DNA of 64,000 bases. It comes from a virus. The translations under genes were made by a program, and so were the position numbers. Shown piece after piece: positions 37,470 to 46,810 of this stretch. The stretch spans positions 1 through 64,000 of the IMG/VR virus record IMGVR_UViG_3300032285_003360. One strand, written 5' to 3'. Within the stretch, counting starts at the first letter, position 1. Each line of letters starts with the position of its first letter. A model generated the notes under the pieces. It made no database searches, was not told the DNA's origin, and saw only the letters and a program-made list of their open reading frames with translations.

Positions 37470-39287
37470 TTAAAATGGTAAATTATGAACCGTATTAGCT
37501 CTTATAACTTCAGGTTTGACCTCAATACCGTTAATTTTAAGTGGCACCTTCTTTTTCTCCGTCCAGTTTAATAATCCCCATTTCGCATAAAGAATAATTT
37601 TATCTTTTAATTCCTCAATCGCTTCACTAAATTCTTCGGGAACTGCGCCATTACAAAAATGTCTTGACTGAACGCACCTACCATCTTGAATGTTGAATTC
37701 GTTGGTCACTCTATCTGAACCGTCTTCGTTTCTAACGGACACGATAATCGATTTTTCATGGTTAGCATAACTTGCAACACAGTGATGCATGAATGCACCC
37801 TCTTCAATATACTCCTCTTCTCTTTTTAAAATATATGGGTAGAACGTTTGCTTGATGTTCTTATCGGATGAAATAAATCTTGATATTGGTTTTTCAACCT
37901 CATCTATCATTTTTTGATTAAAGACATATTCAATCACCCAACCCTTCTTCATGGCTGAAATAATCTTAGAAAACTCTTGGTGTTCTTTATTAAAGTCCAT
38001 AATTGTCCTTGCTCTTATTCTAAATGATTGGTCAACTTCTCTAATTTTATTAACCATATAAACATGGTCAAAAATATCTTTAGATAAATCAGCGTTTATG
38101 CCTCTTGGATAAGTCCCATCATTTACACATTTACTGATGTTTTCTTTCTCATCATCATAAAAGTTTAATACCGCCATAGCATTTTTAAAATCATCTAATC
38201 TTTTTTTGATGTTATGAATACTATCTGGTTCCCGATTACCTTCTTTTTTATATGACGATTTTAATAAAATTTCATTACTTAAATTACCAATATACTTGGT
38301 ATAATTTTCACCAAATAAAAAACAAAATTGACCTAACGCATATAAATCTATAAATCGATGGTCATGAACAATTTTAATTAATATTTTTGATTTACAACCC
38401 AATAAATCTAAGACGGATGCGATTAACTTTCTATCATTTTTCTTAAAGAATTTTTCCGTTGGGTAATAATACTTTAATAAGTGTTCATATTCATCATTTG
38501 GTATTTTGATTTTTTTAAGTTCAACAAACGTTTTAACAAGGTGATTGTAAAATGGTGATAAATCGGTATACGTAGTGTTTTTAGCATCAAAATTAAATTG
38601 TGCTGTGATAAATTTATAAAACTCTTCATCACTTAAACATGTCTCCGTATTTTGCATTTGTGGTAACACCTTATCCTTTTTCTTATAATATCTTTCTAAA
38701 TGAAAAATACTACTAGATGTGTTCATTATGTGATTTAACGATAAAAAAGAATTCGTTAAAAAAGTTTGAGTGGCTTTACGTCCGCGTCCAGGTTTACCAG
38801 ATGTATTGATTATTATAAAATTCCCTTTAACTAAATCAAATGTTAAAGTAGTCCTACTTGTTGACGTTCTAAAATACTTAGCGTTATATGGTCTTATTTT
38901 AAGATGTTCAGAAATTGTTATTGAGATTTTATCACCGTTTTTTCTAACCTTTCTTTCAATTATTTTAACTTGAACATGTGCAAATGGATTGTTGTAATGT
39001 CTTTTAATTTGACGGTCCTTAGTTGTTATATAATCTTTGATGGCGATGGGGAAAGCAACATGCTCCATTGAACCTTCATTTTGAACATAAAAAAAATGCG
39101 CGGAAGGTCGTTTATAACTTCCCGATATCTCAATCATTTCTTTATCGTTCCTAGTTATTTGTGAATCAAATATGTTTTCCCATGTACGCTCCTTTATATT
39201 CTCTTTTTTAGGAGGTATTTGGTTATAATTCTTAACTAACGATATTGATGCGTAGCTAAGTCGTTGGTGAAATATAGGTGTTTCCAT
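37470..39287 (-). CDS. PcfJ-domain protein
   Basis: EEGAFMHHCVASY...I.S.R....R.T.E.......Q.R..CN. Confidence 0.85.
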   Translation of the reverse strand: METPIFHQRLSYASISLVKNYNQIPPKKENIKERTWENIFDSQITRNDKEMIEISGSYKRPSAHFFYVQNEGSMEHVAFPIAIKDYITTKDRQIKRHYNNPFAHVQVKIIERKVRKNGDKISITISEHLKIRPYNAKYFRTSTSRTTLTFDLVKGNFIIINTSGKPGRGRKATQTFLTNSFLSLNHIMNTSSSIFHLERYYKKKDKVLPQMQNTETCLSDEEFYKFITAQFNFDAKNTTYTDLSPFYNHLVKTFVELKKIKIPNDEYEHLLKYYYPTEKFFKKNDRKLIASVLDLLGCKSKILIKIVHDHRFIDLYALGQFCFLFGENYTKYIGNLSNEILLKSSYKKEGNREPDSIHNIKKRLDDFKNAMAVLNFYDDEKENISKCVNDGTYPRGINADLSKDIFDHVYMVNKIREVDQSFRIRARTIMDFNKEHQEFSKIISAMKKGWVIEYVFNQKMIDEVEKPISRFISSDKNIKQTFYPYILKREEEYIEEGAFMHHCVASYANHEKSIIVSVRNEDGSDRVTNEFNIQDGRCVQSRHFCNGAVPEEFSEAIEELKDKIILYAKWGLLNWTEKKKVPLKINGIEVKPEVIRANTVHNLPF

Positions 39288-39342
39288 GGGTCAAATATAC
39301 TAAAAAAAATTTGGAATATACTTATATAAAAATAACATAATT

Positions 39343-39477
39343 ATGGCTAAAGCAAAAGGTGGTAAATCAGCCTCTTCAGTAAAAGTCACTTTTGGTAAAA
39401 GAAAAGGTGGCAAGTCTCAAAAAAGTTGGGGCCCGAAGGCTCAAAAACCAAAGACCTATAGAGGTCAAGGTCGCTGA
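39343..39477 (+). CDS. 44-aa basic protein ending YRGQGR (not in ORF track)
   Basis: MAKAKGGKSASSVKVTFGKRKGGKSQKSWGPKAQKPKTYRGQGR; late-like motif upstream, terminator downstream. Confidence 0.8.
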   Translation: MAKAKGGKSASSVKVTFGKRKGGKSQKSWGPKAQKPKTYRGQGR

Positions 39478-39483
39478 GGAAAG

Positions 39484-39508
39484 AACCACCCTTTATGGGT
39501 GGTTTTTT
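39484..39508. terminator. Probably bidirectional intrinsic terminator
   Basis: AACCACCC-TTTAT-GGGTGGTT-TTTT between convergent genes. Confidence 0.85.
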
Positions 39509-40646
39509 AATTTGATAAGGGTGCTTTAATCGATGGATGTGATTTATAACCCACAATCTCAAAGTCGTCAGGTCTCCAATATTTGGTCTTTTCAATGATT
39601 GATGGTTCATCACCTTTTATCTTAACTGATGGTAAACCAAAAGGTTCTCTTGTAATTTGCTCCTTAGCTTGTTCAATATGGTTCAAATAAAGATGCGTAT
39701 CCCCCAAATTTCCCACCAATTCGTCTGGCAACATATTAACTTCTCTGGCAATTATTTCCAATAATAACGCATAAGAAGCGATATTAAAGGGTAATCCTAA
39801 GAATGTATCTACTGAACGCTGATTCCACATTAAAGAGATTGCTCTTGTTGGGGTTGGTTCATAATATGTGTCATCGTAGTTAGGTAAATTATTTGGGTCA
39901 AAGAATCTCTCCATACCTGTTTCATAATTCTTAACAAACCAAACGTTGTATCTTTCTTCCGCACTTAATTCTCTTGTATAAACTTGAAATCCATAATGAC
40001 AAGGTGGTAAAACCATCTTGTTTAATTCACCTACATTCCAAGCTGATACCATCAATCTTCTACTATCAGGATTAGTTTTAAGGTCATTGATTAGATTTTG
40101 GATTTGGTCGGTATCTTTTGGACTCCAATCTTCTTGCCAATATTGGCTAGTATCTACACTCTCCCATTCTTTCCATTGTTTACCATAAATTGGTCCTAAT
40201 TCGCCCCACTCCTTAGCAAAATCATTATCTGTTTTGATTTTGTTAATGAATTCTTCTTGTGTCAATGGAATTAAATCATCAGGGTTACTAAACATATTTT
40301 CAATATGTGGTTGCATCCCCATTATATCACCACATTTATATCCATCAATAAGTTCGTTTACTTTTTTAGAATAGTTTTTATAAGCATCTCCGTCCCAAAT
40401 GTGACATCCATTCTCAACAAGATATTGAATGTTAGTTTCTCCACGAAGGAACCATAATAACTCAGTCACCATTGTCTTCCACGCCATCTTCTTGGTGGTT
40501 AACAATGGAAACCCTTGTCTCATGTTATGACGTATTTGTCTTCCGAACACCGATATAGTTCCAGTGCCAGTTCTATCAGTTTTAGTGACACCATTATCCA
40601 AGATGTCTTGTAGCAAATCTTGATATTTTTTATCAATTGTATTCAT
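39507..40646 (-). CDS. thyA: Thymidylate synthase
   Basis: DRTGTGT, FPLLTTKK, ELLWFLRG, LPPCH, QRSVD.FLGLPFNIASY, HLY.NH. Confidence 0.98.
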   Translation of the reverse strand: MNTIDKKYQDLLQDILDNGVTKTDRTGTGTISVFGRQIRHNMRQGFPLLTTKKMAWKTMVTELLWFLRGETNIQYLVENGCHIWDGDAYKNYSKKVNELIDGYKCGDIMGMQPHIENMFSNPDDLIPLTQEEFINKIKTDNDFAKEWGELGPIYGKQWKEWESVDTSQYWQEDWSPKDTDQIQNLINDLKTNPDSRRLMVSAWNVGELNKMVLPPCHYGFQVYTRELSAEERYNVWFVKNYETGMERFFDPNNLPNYDDTYYEPTPTRAISLMWNQRSVDTFLGLPFNIASYALLLEIIAREVNMLPDELVGNLGDTHLYLNHIEQAKEQITREPFGLPSVKIKGDEPSIIEKTKYWRPDDFEIVGYKSHPSIKAPLSN

Positions 40647-40647
40647 A

Positions 40648-41751
40648 TTAATAATTGTCTAAATTATTTGTAAATTCATAATACCATTTTGACATGTGGT
40701 GTCTCCAAACGTCTTCATTACGATATTCTTTTTCCCATTGAAAAAATATGTCGGGTATGAATTTTTTATTTTTAAGAATATCCAATGCAACATTATAATT
40801 ATATTCGGCAGTATCCTTTAGCGCTTCACGTATTTCTAAAGGTGAATATTTTTCACAAACTCTTTTAATTTCTTTAACATGTTCTTGAGCCCTAATTATA
40901 TCATCATCAACCGAATCAAATGTATAATCAAATATTTCATCATAAAGTTTAAAACCAAAATTAGTTAGAACTTTGTTAACATTTTTTGCACCATAAGTTA
41001 TAAATGGTTTTCTATGAAGAATTGGAATGAATGTTTTTTCAGTTAAGAATATCACATCATACGTGCTTTCTGTAACTTGTTGGAACGCTGATTCCAAGTA
41101 GGATGGATAAATTTCCCAATAGTTACCTTGATTAACGACATCGGCGGGGTCGGGATAATTTGTTGGGACATTAAAATTGGTAAAATCAAAATGGTTTCTT
41201 GTGAACCAATTGAATTGTTTAATGTTAAACTCAGTTGAAAAACATGAATATAAATTCGTTTCTAATAGACCAAAGTCTTTTAATAATTGTAAAATATACA
41301 TCCTATGAACACGAGGAAGTCTATTATAACTTGTAAAATAATATTTCGGATTGTAATTTAAAGTGGGCGGCGTTACAAAACGATTTTGGTAATTTGCGAA
41401 AGTATGATATAAAAAATATAACGTAAAGAAATGTCTATTTGGATTTAAATGTCTAAAAAAATCTTGTCTATTATAAAAATCTTTTTCTTTATCGTAATCA
41501 CCATAACCTGAGTATATTATGTCGACCTTTGTTTGACTCCAATCGTTAAGATATTCAGAATAATTTTTCAAAAGCACAGGTTGAATTTCAGGTAAACAAA
41601 GAATTTTTAAATCATTGTTCCTATTATGACATTTGTCAATAATATCCAAGAATGTGGTATTAAAGGTAAACGACCATATATAATAAGGGTAATTCTTATC
41701 GACACTGGTATTATATTTCACAAATCCTTCGTTTTGAATTGCCGGTGTCAT
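40648..41751 (-). CDS. Putative glycosyltransferase-related protein
   Basis: NR.PR.HR, VTES....FLTEKT..PI....PFI..G, GF..YD.IFDY.FD. Confidence 0.6.
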   Translation of the reverse strand: MTPAIQNEGFVKYNTSVDKNYPYYIWSFTFNTTFLDIIDKCHNRNNDLKILCLPEIQPVLLKNYSEYLNDWSQTKVDIIYSGYGDYDKEKDFYNRQDFFRHLNPNRHFFTLYFLYHTFANYQNRFVTPPTLNYNPKYYFTSYNRLPRVHRMYILQLLKDFGLLETNLYSCFSTEFNIKQFNWFTRNHFDFTNFNVPTNYPDPADVVNQGNYWEIYPSYLESAFQQVTESTYDVIFLTEKTFIPILHRKPFITYGAKNVNKVLTNFGFKLYDEIFDYTFDSVDDDIIRAQEHVKEIKRVCEKYSPLEIREALKDTAEYNYNVALDILKNKKFIPDIFFQWEKEYRNEDVWRHHMSKWYYEFTNNLDNY

Positions 41752-42179
41752 CTTATAATATTTTTTGAATTTGGAAACCCGCCATAAATGTTAACCACCT
41801 TACAGTTAAACCCCATGAAGGTGAGGTTTTACCATCATCATAATATTCATTCTTGTCATAATAAAAAACTATAGCAGGTAAAATAAACCAGTGATGTCTT
41901 TTATTATAAATGAAAAAGTCTTTATAATATTTCTTACCCATCTTATTTCTTTTTTGGTTTTTTAAAATAATCTAAAACTAAATTGATTGAACCTAAGCTA
42001 ATTGCACCCCAACCAAAATATTTTTCTATTTGCGGGTTAGCATCAGGAACACCGTATTTCTCAATAAGAATACCAGTTAATATCATCATTATGTAAATGA
42101 TTTCTTTGATTTTTATTTGCATAATATTGTTTTTAACAAATTTACAAAAAAATTTTGATATTCCGAAATAATTATAGTT

Positions 42180-42545
42180 ATGTCAGTTATAATCGGTAAT
42201 AAACATTTCCCCGCAGAATACATGTTAACTCCTGAACAAACTCGTCAGGGAATGATGGGTCGCGAAAGCTTGGAAGGTTGTATGGTATTCAAAATGGGTA
42301 AAGGTCACCATTCTTTTTGGATGAAGGATTGTGTTATCCCACTTGATATTGTGTTTGTTAGTAATAACCGAATAAGCCGCATCCACCCAAACTGTCCTCC
42401 TGCTGACCCACATGCAATGAATCCACCACGTTACACCGGTATTGGTGACCACGTGATTGAATTCCCTGCAGGCATGGCTTCAGACTTTAGAGTTGGTGAC
42501 AGAGTTTCTATGTATTTGGGGACACCTCAGAATCCTGTTCAATAG
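42180..42545 (+). CDS. DUF192 family protein
   Basis: GMM.R..L..GM.F.....FWMK....PLDIVF...V.E..AG. Confidence 0.9.
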   Translation: MSVIIGNKHFPAEYMLTPEQTRQGMMGRESLEGCMVFKMGKGHHSFWMKDCVIPLDIVFVSNNRISRIHPNCPPADPHAMNPPRYTGIGDHVIEFPAGMASDFRVGDRVSMYLGTPQNPVQ

Positions 42546-43197
42546 TCCATTTACTATAATCATACTTTACTTTAGGGTTGGTCTTTTGGAACACCCAAAA
42601 ATAACTATGATATTTTCTTGCATGTTGTTGTCTAGTCCACTTTGTCCCAAAACTATTAACCCTTGTGTTTGAATTTAAGATAAATAAATCTTTAGGATAG
42701 AATCCAAGCTCCATGGCCATATTCATAATCATAGAATGGGTAAAATGATTTTTACCGCTTGATACGGTATCTTGACATTTCATTACAACAAAACCGTCCT
42801 TAGCGCAAATTCTGTATAACTCCTTAAGTGTTAAGTAATAGTTCTTCATCAAATCTTCATAAGTTGTATACCCTTCAAATCGTTTAGCCATAAGGGAACT
42901 ACCTTCCTTGTTACTTTTATATGTCGCACCCGCAATAACAAACGGAGGATCATACATAATACTATTCATTGAACCGTCAGCAAATGGTAAATTCTCTGAG
43001 CTCGCTTGAATTACACTATCATTGGCCGGATACAAATCTGATTTATTGATGGGTGATGGTAAGTCCTTCCAAAAGGATCCTTTTGAATATGTGCAATCCA
43101 AATCAAATTGCTCGATTTCATAAAGAAACATTATGTTTTTAATTGTTTCGTAATTAGAATTGTAGATGCTTTTTACGGGTTTAAAATCTTTATCCAT
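42508..43197 (-). CDS. Amino (N6A/N4C) DNA methyltransferase-like protein
   Basis: LDCTYSKG, DPPF catalytic motif, KCQD, HARKYHSY. Confidence 0.8.
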   Translation of the reverse strand: MDKDFKPVKSIYNSNYETIKNIMFLYEIEQFDLDCTYSKGSFWKDLPSPINKSDLYPANDSVIQASSENLPFADGSMNSIMYDPPFVIAGATYKSNKEGSSLMAKRFEGYTTYEDLMKNYYLTLKELYRICAKDGFVVMKCQDTVSSGKNHFTHSMIMNMAMELGFYPKDLFILNSNTRVNSFGTKWTRQQHARKYHSYFWVFQKTNPKVKYDYSKWTIEQDSEVSPNT

Positions 43198-43286
43198 TTC
43201 TTGACATTTTAATTTTTATGTGTTATATTTTAAAATATAAGGAATTAAATTCAATAAACCAAAATATTTATTAAAAAACACACACT

Positions 43287-43418
43287 ATGGGATGCGGATG
43301 CAAAAAAAAACAAGAACAACCAGTGGTTCAACAACCACCTCAATCAATTAACCTACAAAACGTAGCAGCACCAACGGTGACTCAACCTGCAGCTCCTGCT
43401 CCACCTCAAAACCCTTAA
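43287..43418 (+). CDS. 43-aa MGCGCK Pro/Gln-rich peptide (not in ORF track)
   Basis: MGCGCKKKQEQPVVQQPPQ...; TATTTATT upstream. Confidence 0.7.
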   Translation: MGCGCKKKQEQPVVQQPPQSINLQNVAAPTVTQPAAPAPPQNP

Positions 43419-43422
43419 TAAT

Positions 43423-43478
43423 ATATCGTCGATATAAACGATAATTAGCTTTATCACGAATATCGACGATATTTTTTT
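43423..43478 (+). terminator. Long hairpin / terminator
   Basis: ATATCGTCGATAT...ATATCGACGATAT with inner GATAA/TTATC, followed by a T-run. Confidence 0.65.
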
Positions 43479-43511
43479 ATTCAGGAAATATATAAACATG
43501 TATATATTATT

Positions 43512-43709
43512 ATGGAAGCAAAAAGCAAATTAACGAGCGTTCACGTCTTGGAAGACGTTTACAATAAATTTAAAGTAAATTCAATTGAAGGAAGTTTATC
43601 ATTTCAAAAATTTGTAAACCGTTCAATGGATTTATATAATAAAGACGAAAATTTTCGTAACAAGGTAAACAACCACATTGGATTGGCTGCTACCGGTTCT
43701 AAGTATTAA
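43512..43709 (+). CDS. Small putative ribbon-helix-helix DNA-binding protein
   Basis: KLTSVHV...Y..FK......SFQK.VNRS..LY; first gene of the glycosylation operon. Confidence 0.6.
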   Translation: MEAKSKLTSVHVLEDVYNKFKVNSIEGSLSFQKFVNRSMDLYNKDENFRNKVNNHIGLAATGSKY

Positions 43710-43711
43710 TC

Positions 43712-45067
43712 ATGGCTAAAAAAAGAATATTATTATTAAGCGACGACTTAAGAATGACGTCTGGTATTGCCACGATGTCAAAAGAGATTGTCTTAGGGAC
43801 AGTTGATAAATTTGATTGGGTTCAATTAGGTGCAGCTGTTAGTCATCCTGAGTTCGGTAAGATTGTTGATATGAACGACGATGTTAGAAAAAGAACTGGT
43901 GTTGAAGATGCGTATGTAAGAATTTATCCAAACAATGGTTATGGTAACATTGGTATCATAAGAAAATTGATAAAGGACGAACAAATCGATGCGATATTAC
44001 ATTTCACTGACCCGCATTATTGGCAATGGTTATATGATGCTGAGCATGAGATAAGACAAACGACGCCAATATTATATTATCATATATGGGATAACATTCC
44101 TGACCCTGTTTATAATAGAAACTATTATGAATCATGTGATTGGTTAGGGTGTATTTCTAAATTAACATATGGTATTGTTCATCGTGTTGGTAAATTAACA
44201 ACTCACAACACATTTAAACCATTAGAAGATTGGCAGATAAGTTATGTCCCACACGGTATCAATGAAAAAGTTTTTAAACCAACTGAAGTGAGTGATGAAA
44301 TAAAACAACTTGTTACAGGTGGTAAAGAATATGATTATATCTTATTTTATAACAACAGAAACATTAGACGTAAACAACCATCCGATGTAGTTTATTCATA
44401 TAGATTATTTTGTGATAGTTTGCCAAAGAATAAAGCTGACAAGTGTTTATTACTTATGCACACAGCACCTGTTGATGAGAATGGAACTGATTTGAATGCT
44501 GTGATTGAAGCACTTTGTCCTTACGATGTTCGATTCACTAACATGAAACTTGAACAAGAGAAGTTAAATGAGATTTATAATTTTGTTGATTGCACAATCA
44601 ATCTTGCGAATAACGAAGGATTTGGTTTGACAACAGCAGAAAGTATTATGGCGGGGACACCAATCATTGCTAACGTTACCGGTGGTTTGCAAGACCAAAT
44701 GGGATTTGGTTATACTGCTGATGATTACATTACATTTGGTTCGTTACATAATGTAAGAACACATGGTGAAACATTACATGGTGATTGGGCACACCCTATT
44801 TGGCCAAGTGCAATTAATATAAATGGTTCTGTTCCAACACCTTATATCTTTGATGATAGAGTTGATGATAACAAAGTTGCTGATGCGATTATGGAATCAT
44901 ATCAATTGGGTAAGAAGAAAAGAAAGAAGAATGGATTGAAGGGTAGAGAGTGGGCTATTGAGAATATATCATCTAAGGTGATGTGTGATAAATTGACTGA
45001 AGGAATTGAAACAACGTTAGTAAATTTTAAACCTCGTCAAAAATTTGATTTTTATAAAATTGTATGA
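43712..45067 (+). CDS. Glycosyltransferase family 4
   Basis: NRN.RRK, EGFGL...E....GTPII....GG. Confidence 0.92.
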   Translation: MAKKRILLLSDDLRMTSGIATMSKEIVLGTVDKFDWVQLGAAVSHPEFGKIVDMNDDVRKRTGVEDAYVRIYPNNGYGNIGIIRKLIKDEQIDAILHFTDPHYWQWLYDAEHEIRQTTPILYYHIWDNIPDPVYNRNYYESCDWLGCISKLTYGIVHRVGKLTTHNTFKPLEDWQISYVPHGINEKVFKPTEVSDEIKQLVTGGKEYDYILFYNNRNIRRKQPSDVVYSYRLFCDSLPKNKADKCLLLMHTAPVDENGTDLNAVIEALCPYDVRFTNMKLEQEKLNEIYNFVDCTINLANNEGFGLTTAESIMAGTPIIANVTGGLQDQMGFGYTADDYITFGSLHNVRTHGETLHGDWAHPIWPSAININGSVPTPYIFDDRVDDNKVADAIMESYQLGKKKRKKNGLKGREWAIENISSKVMCDKLTEGIETTLVNFKPRQKFDFYKIV

Positions 45068-46320
45068 GTAAACCAACATTATTATTTAGAGGACCAGTAA
45101 AAACAAGAAGCGGCTACGGTGCGCATTCGAGAGACGTTTTAAAAGCATTATATGAAATGGATGTATTTGATATAATGATTGATAGTTGTCCGTGGGGGAA
45201 CACACCTATGACAGCATTAGAAGATAACTTATTCCACAAGTGGATTGAGTCTAACATTGTTACATCATTAACGTCACAACCGGACATCTACATACAAGTT
45301 ACCGTTCCAAATGAATTCCAAAGAGTTGGTAAATTTAACATTGGTATAACTGCAGGTATTGAAACAACTGTCGCTCCTAAAAATTGGATAGATGGTTGTA
45401 ACAAAATGGATTTGATTATTGCTACATCAAGTTTTTCTAAGGATGTTTTATTATCAACTGTTTATAATGAAACGGAAAAGAATACTGGTAAGTTAGTTGG
45501 TCAATATAGAATTGAAAAACCAATTGAAGTTTTGTTTGAAGGTGTTGACCTTAACATTTATAACAATGAATCTACAGGTTTAGATATTGACATCAAAGAA
45601 GATTTTGCTTATCTTTTTGTAGGTCATTGGTTGAAGGGAGATATTGGACAGGATAGAAAAGATGTTGGTATGATGATTAAAGTATTTGCGGAAGCATTTA
45701 AGAATGAAGAAAACAAACCCGCATTGGTATTAAAGACATCAGCTGCGAGCTTTTCAATTAAGGAGAGGGAGAATATGAGAAAAAGAATACAAGACCTTGT
45801 ATCAAGTATTGAAAATCCTCCATCTGTTTATCTTTTGTTCGGTGAATTAACTGATGCTGAAATGAATGATTTATATAACCACCCAAAGATTAAATCAATG
45901 GTATCAATAACTAAAGGTGAAGGATTTGGAAGACCTTTACTTGAATTCTCAATGACAGGTAAACCAATCATCGCATCTAATTGGTCAGGGCATAAAGATT
46001 TTTTACCAATGGATAAAGCGGTTATGGTTGGTGGAAAATTAACTGAGGTTCATGCAAGTGCGATTGATGATTTTATTATTAAAGGTTCTAAATGGTTCAC
46101 AGCTAACTATAATGAATTTGCTGAAGTATTAAAGTTGGTTCAAAAAGATTACGAAAGATTTGTTGAGAAGTCTGAGGAATTAAGAAAAGAAAACGGAGAT
46201 AAGTTTTCATTTGAATCAATGAAGGTTACATTCAAAAATATTATTGAAAAATATAATAAAGTGACGCAAGCACCTGTTCAGACAAAATTAATTCTACCTA
46301 AGTTAACTAAAATAAAATAA
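45064..46320 (+). CDS. Glycosyltransferase family 4
   Basis: SGYG..SR, RK, GEGFGRPLLE....GKPIIA..WSG..DF. Confidence 0.92.
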   Translation: MSKPTLLFRGPVKTRSGYGAHSRDVLKALYEMDVFDIMIDSCPWGNTPMTALEDNLFHKWIESNIVTSLTSQPDIYIQVTVPNEFQRVGKFNIGITAGIETTVAPKNWIDGCNKMDLIIATSSFSKDVLLSTVYNETEKNTGKLVGQYRIEKPIEVLFEGVDLNIYNNESTGLDIDIKEDFAYLFVGHWLKGDIGQDRKDVGMMIKVFAEAFKNEENKPALVLKTSAASFSIKERENMRKRIQDLVSSIENPPSVYLLFGELTDAEMNDLYNHPKIKSMVSITKGEGFGRPLLEFSMTGKPIIASNWSGHKDFLPMDKAVMVGGKLTEVHASAIDDFIIKGSKWFTANYNEFAEVLKLVQKDYERFVEKSEELRKENGDKFSFESMKVTFKNIIEKYNKVTQAPVQTKLILPKLTKIK

Positions 46321-46321
46321 C

Positions 46322-46570
46322 ATGGCAAAGAAAAAGACTCAACCAAAAGTTGAGATGAATATCGAAAAAGTAGTTCAGGAATATATTCCATGTGAATGGG
46401 TGATTCAGTTTGATAATGATGAACCCAAAGTATTTGCATCTTCCGATGTTAATTCATCTTCACATGAAGTGGTTTTTAAAATACCTAACACCAGTGAGTC
46501 GCACGTAACCTTTACTGACCCAATATCAAATAAGCGATTTAGTATATACGCAAGACCAAAAACAAGTTAA
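46322..46570 (+). CDS. Small protein, untagged paralog of 46571..46810
   Basis: QFDNDEPKVFA...F.IYARP vs QFGDEEPVVFA...FKLFARP. Confidence 0.75.
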   Translation: MAKKKTQPKVEMNIEKVVQEYIPCEWVIQFDNDEPKVFASSDVNSSSHEVVFKIPNTSESHVTFTDPISNKRFSIYARPKTS

Positions 46571-46810
46571 ATGGATTTTAAGTTTTTTAAAAGTGAAGAA
46601 TTAATACACGATAACTTTATTATATTACAACCTACAAATTTTGCACCTGAAAATGCTGAATTTTGTTTTCAATTTGGTGATGAGGAACCTGTTGTATTTG
46701 CTAATGGGCCAAATGAATGTCAAATTCGTATAAGTCCAACACCAGGTGGTAGTATGATATTCAATGATAATGGTAAAGTTTTTAAATTATTCGCAAGACC
46801 AAGAGTATGA
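46571..46810 (+). CDS. FKF-tagged small protein (MDFKFF)
   Basis: Tag; paralog of the preceding gene. Confidence 0.8.
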   Translation: MDFKFFKSEELIHDNFIILQPTNFAPENAEFCFQFGDEEPVVFANGPNECQIRISPTPGGSMIFNDNGKVFKLFARPRV

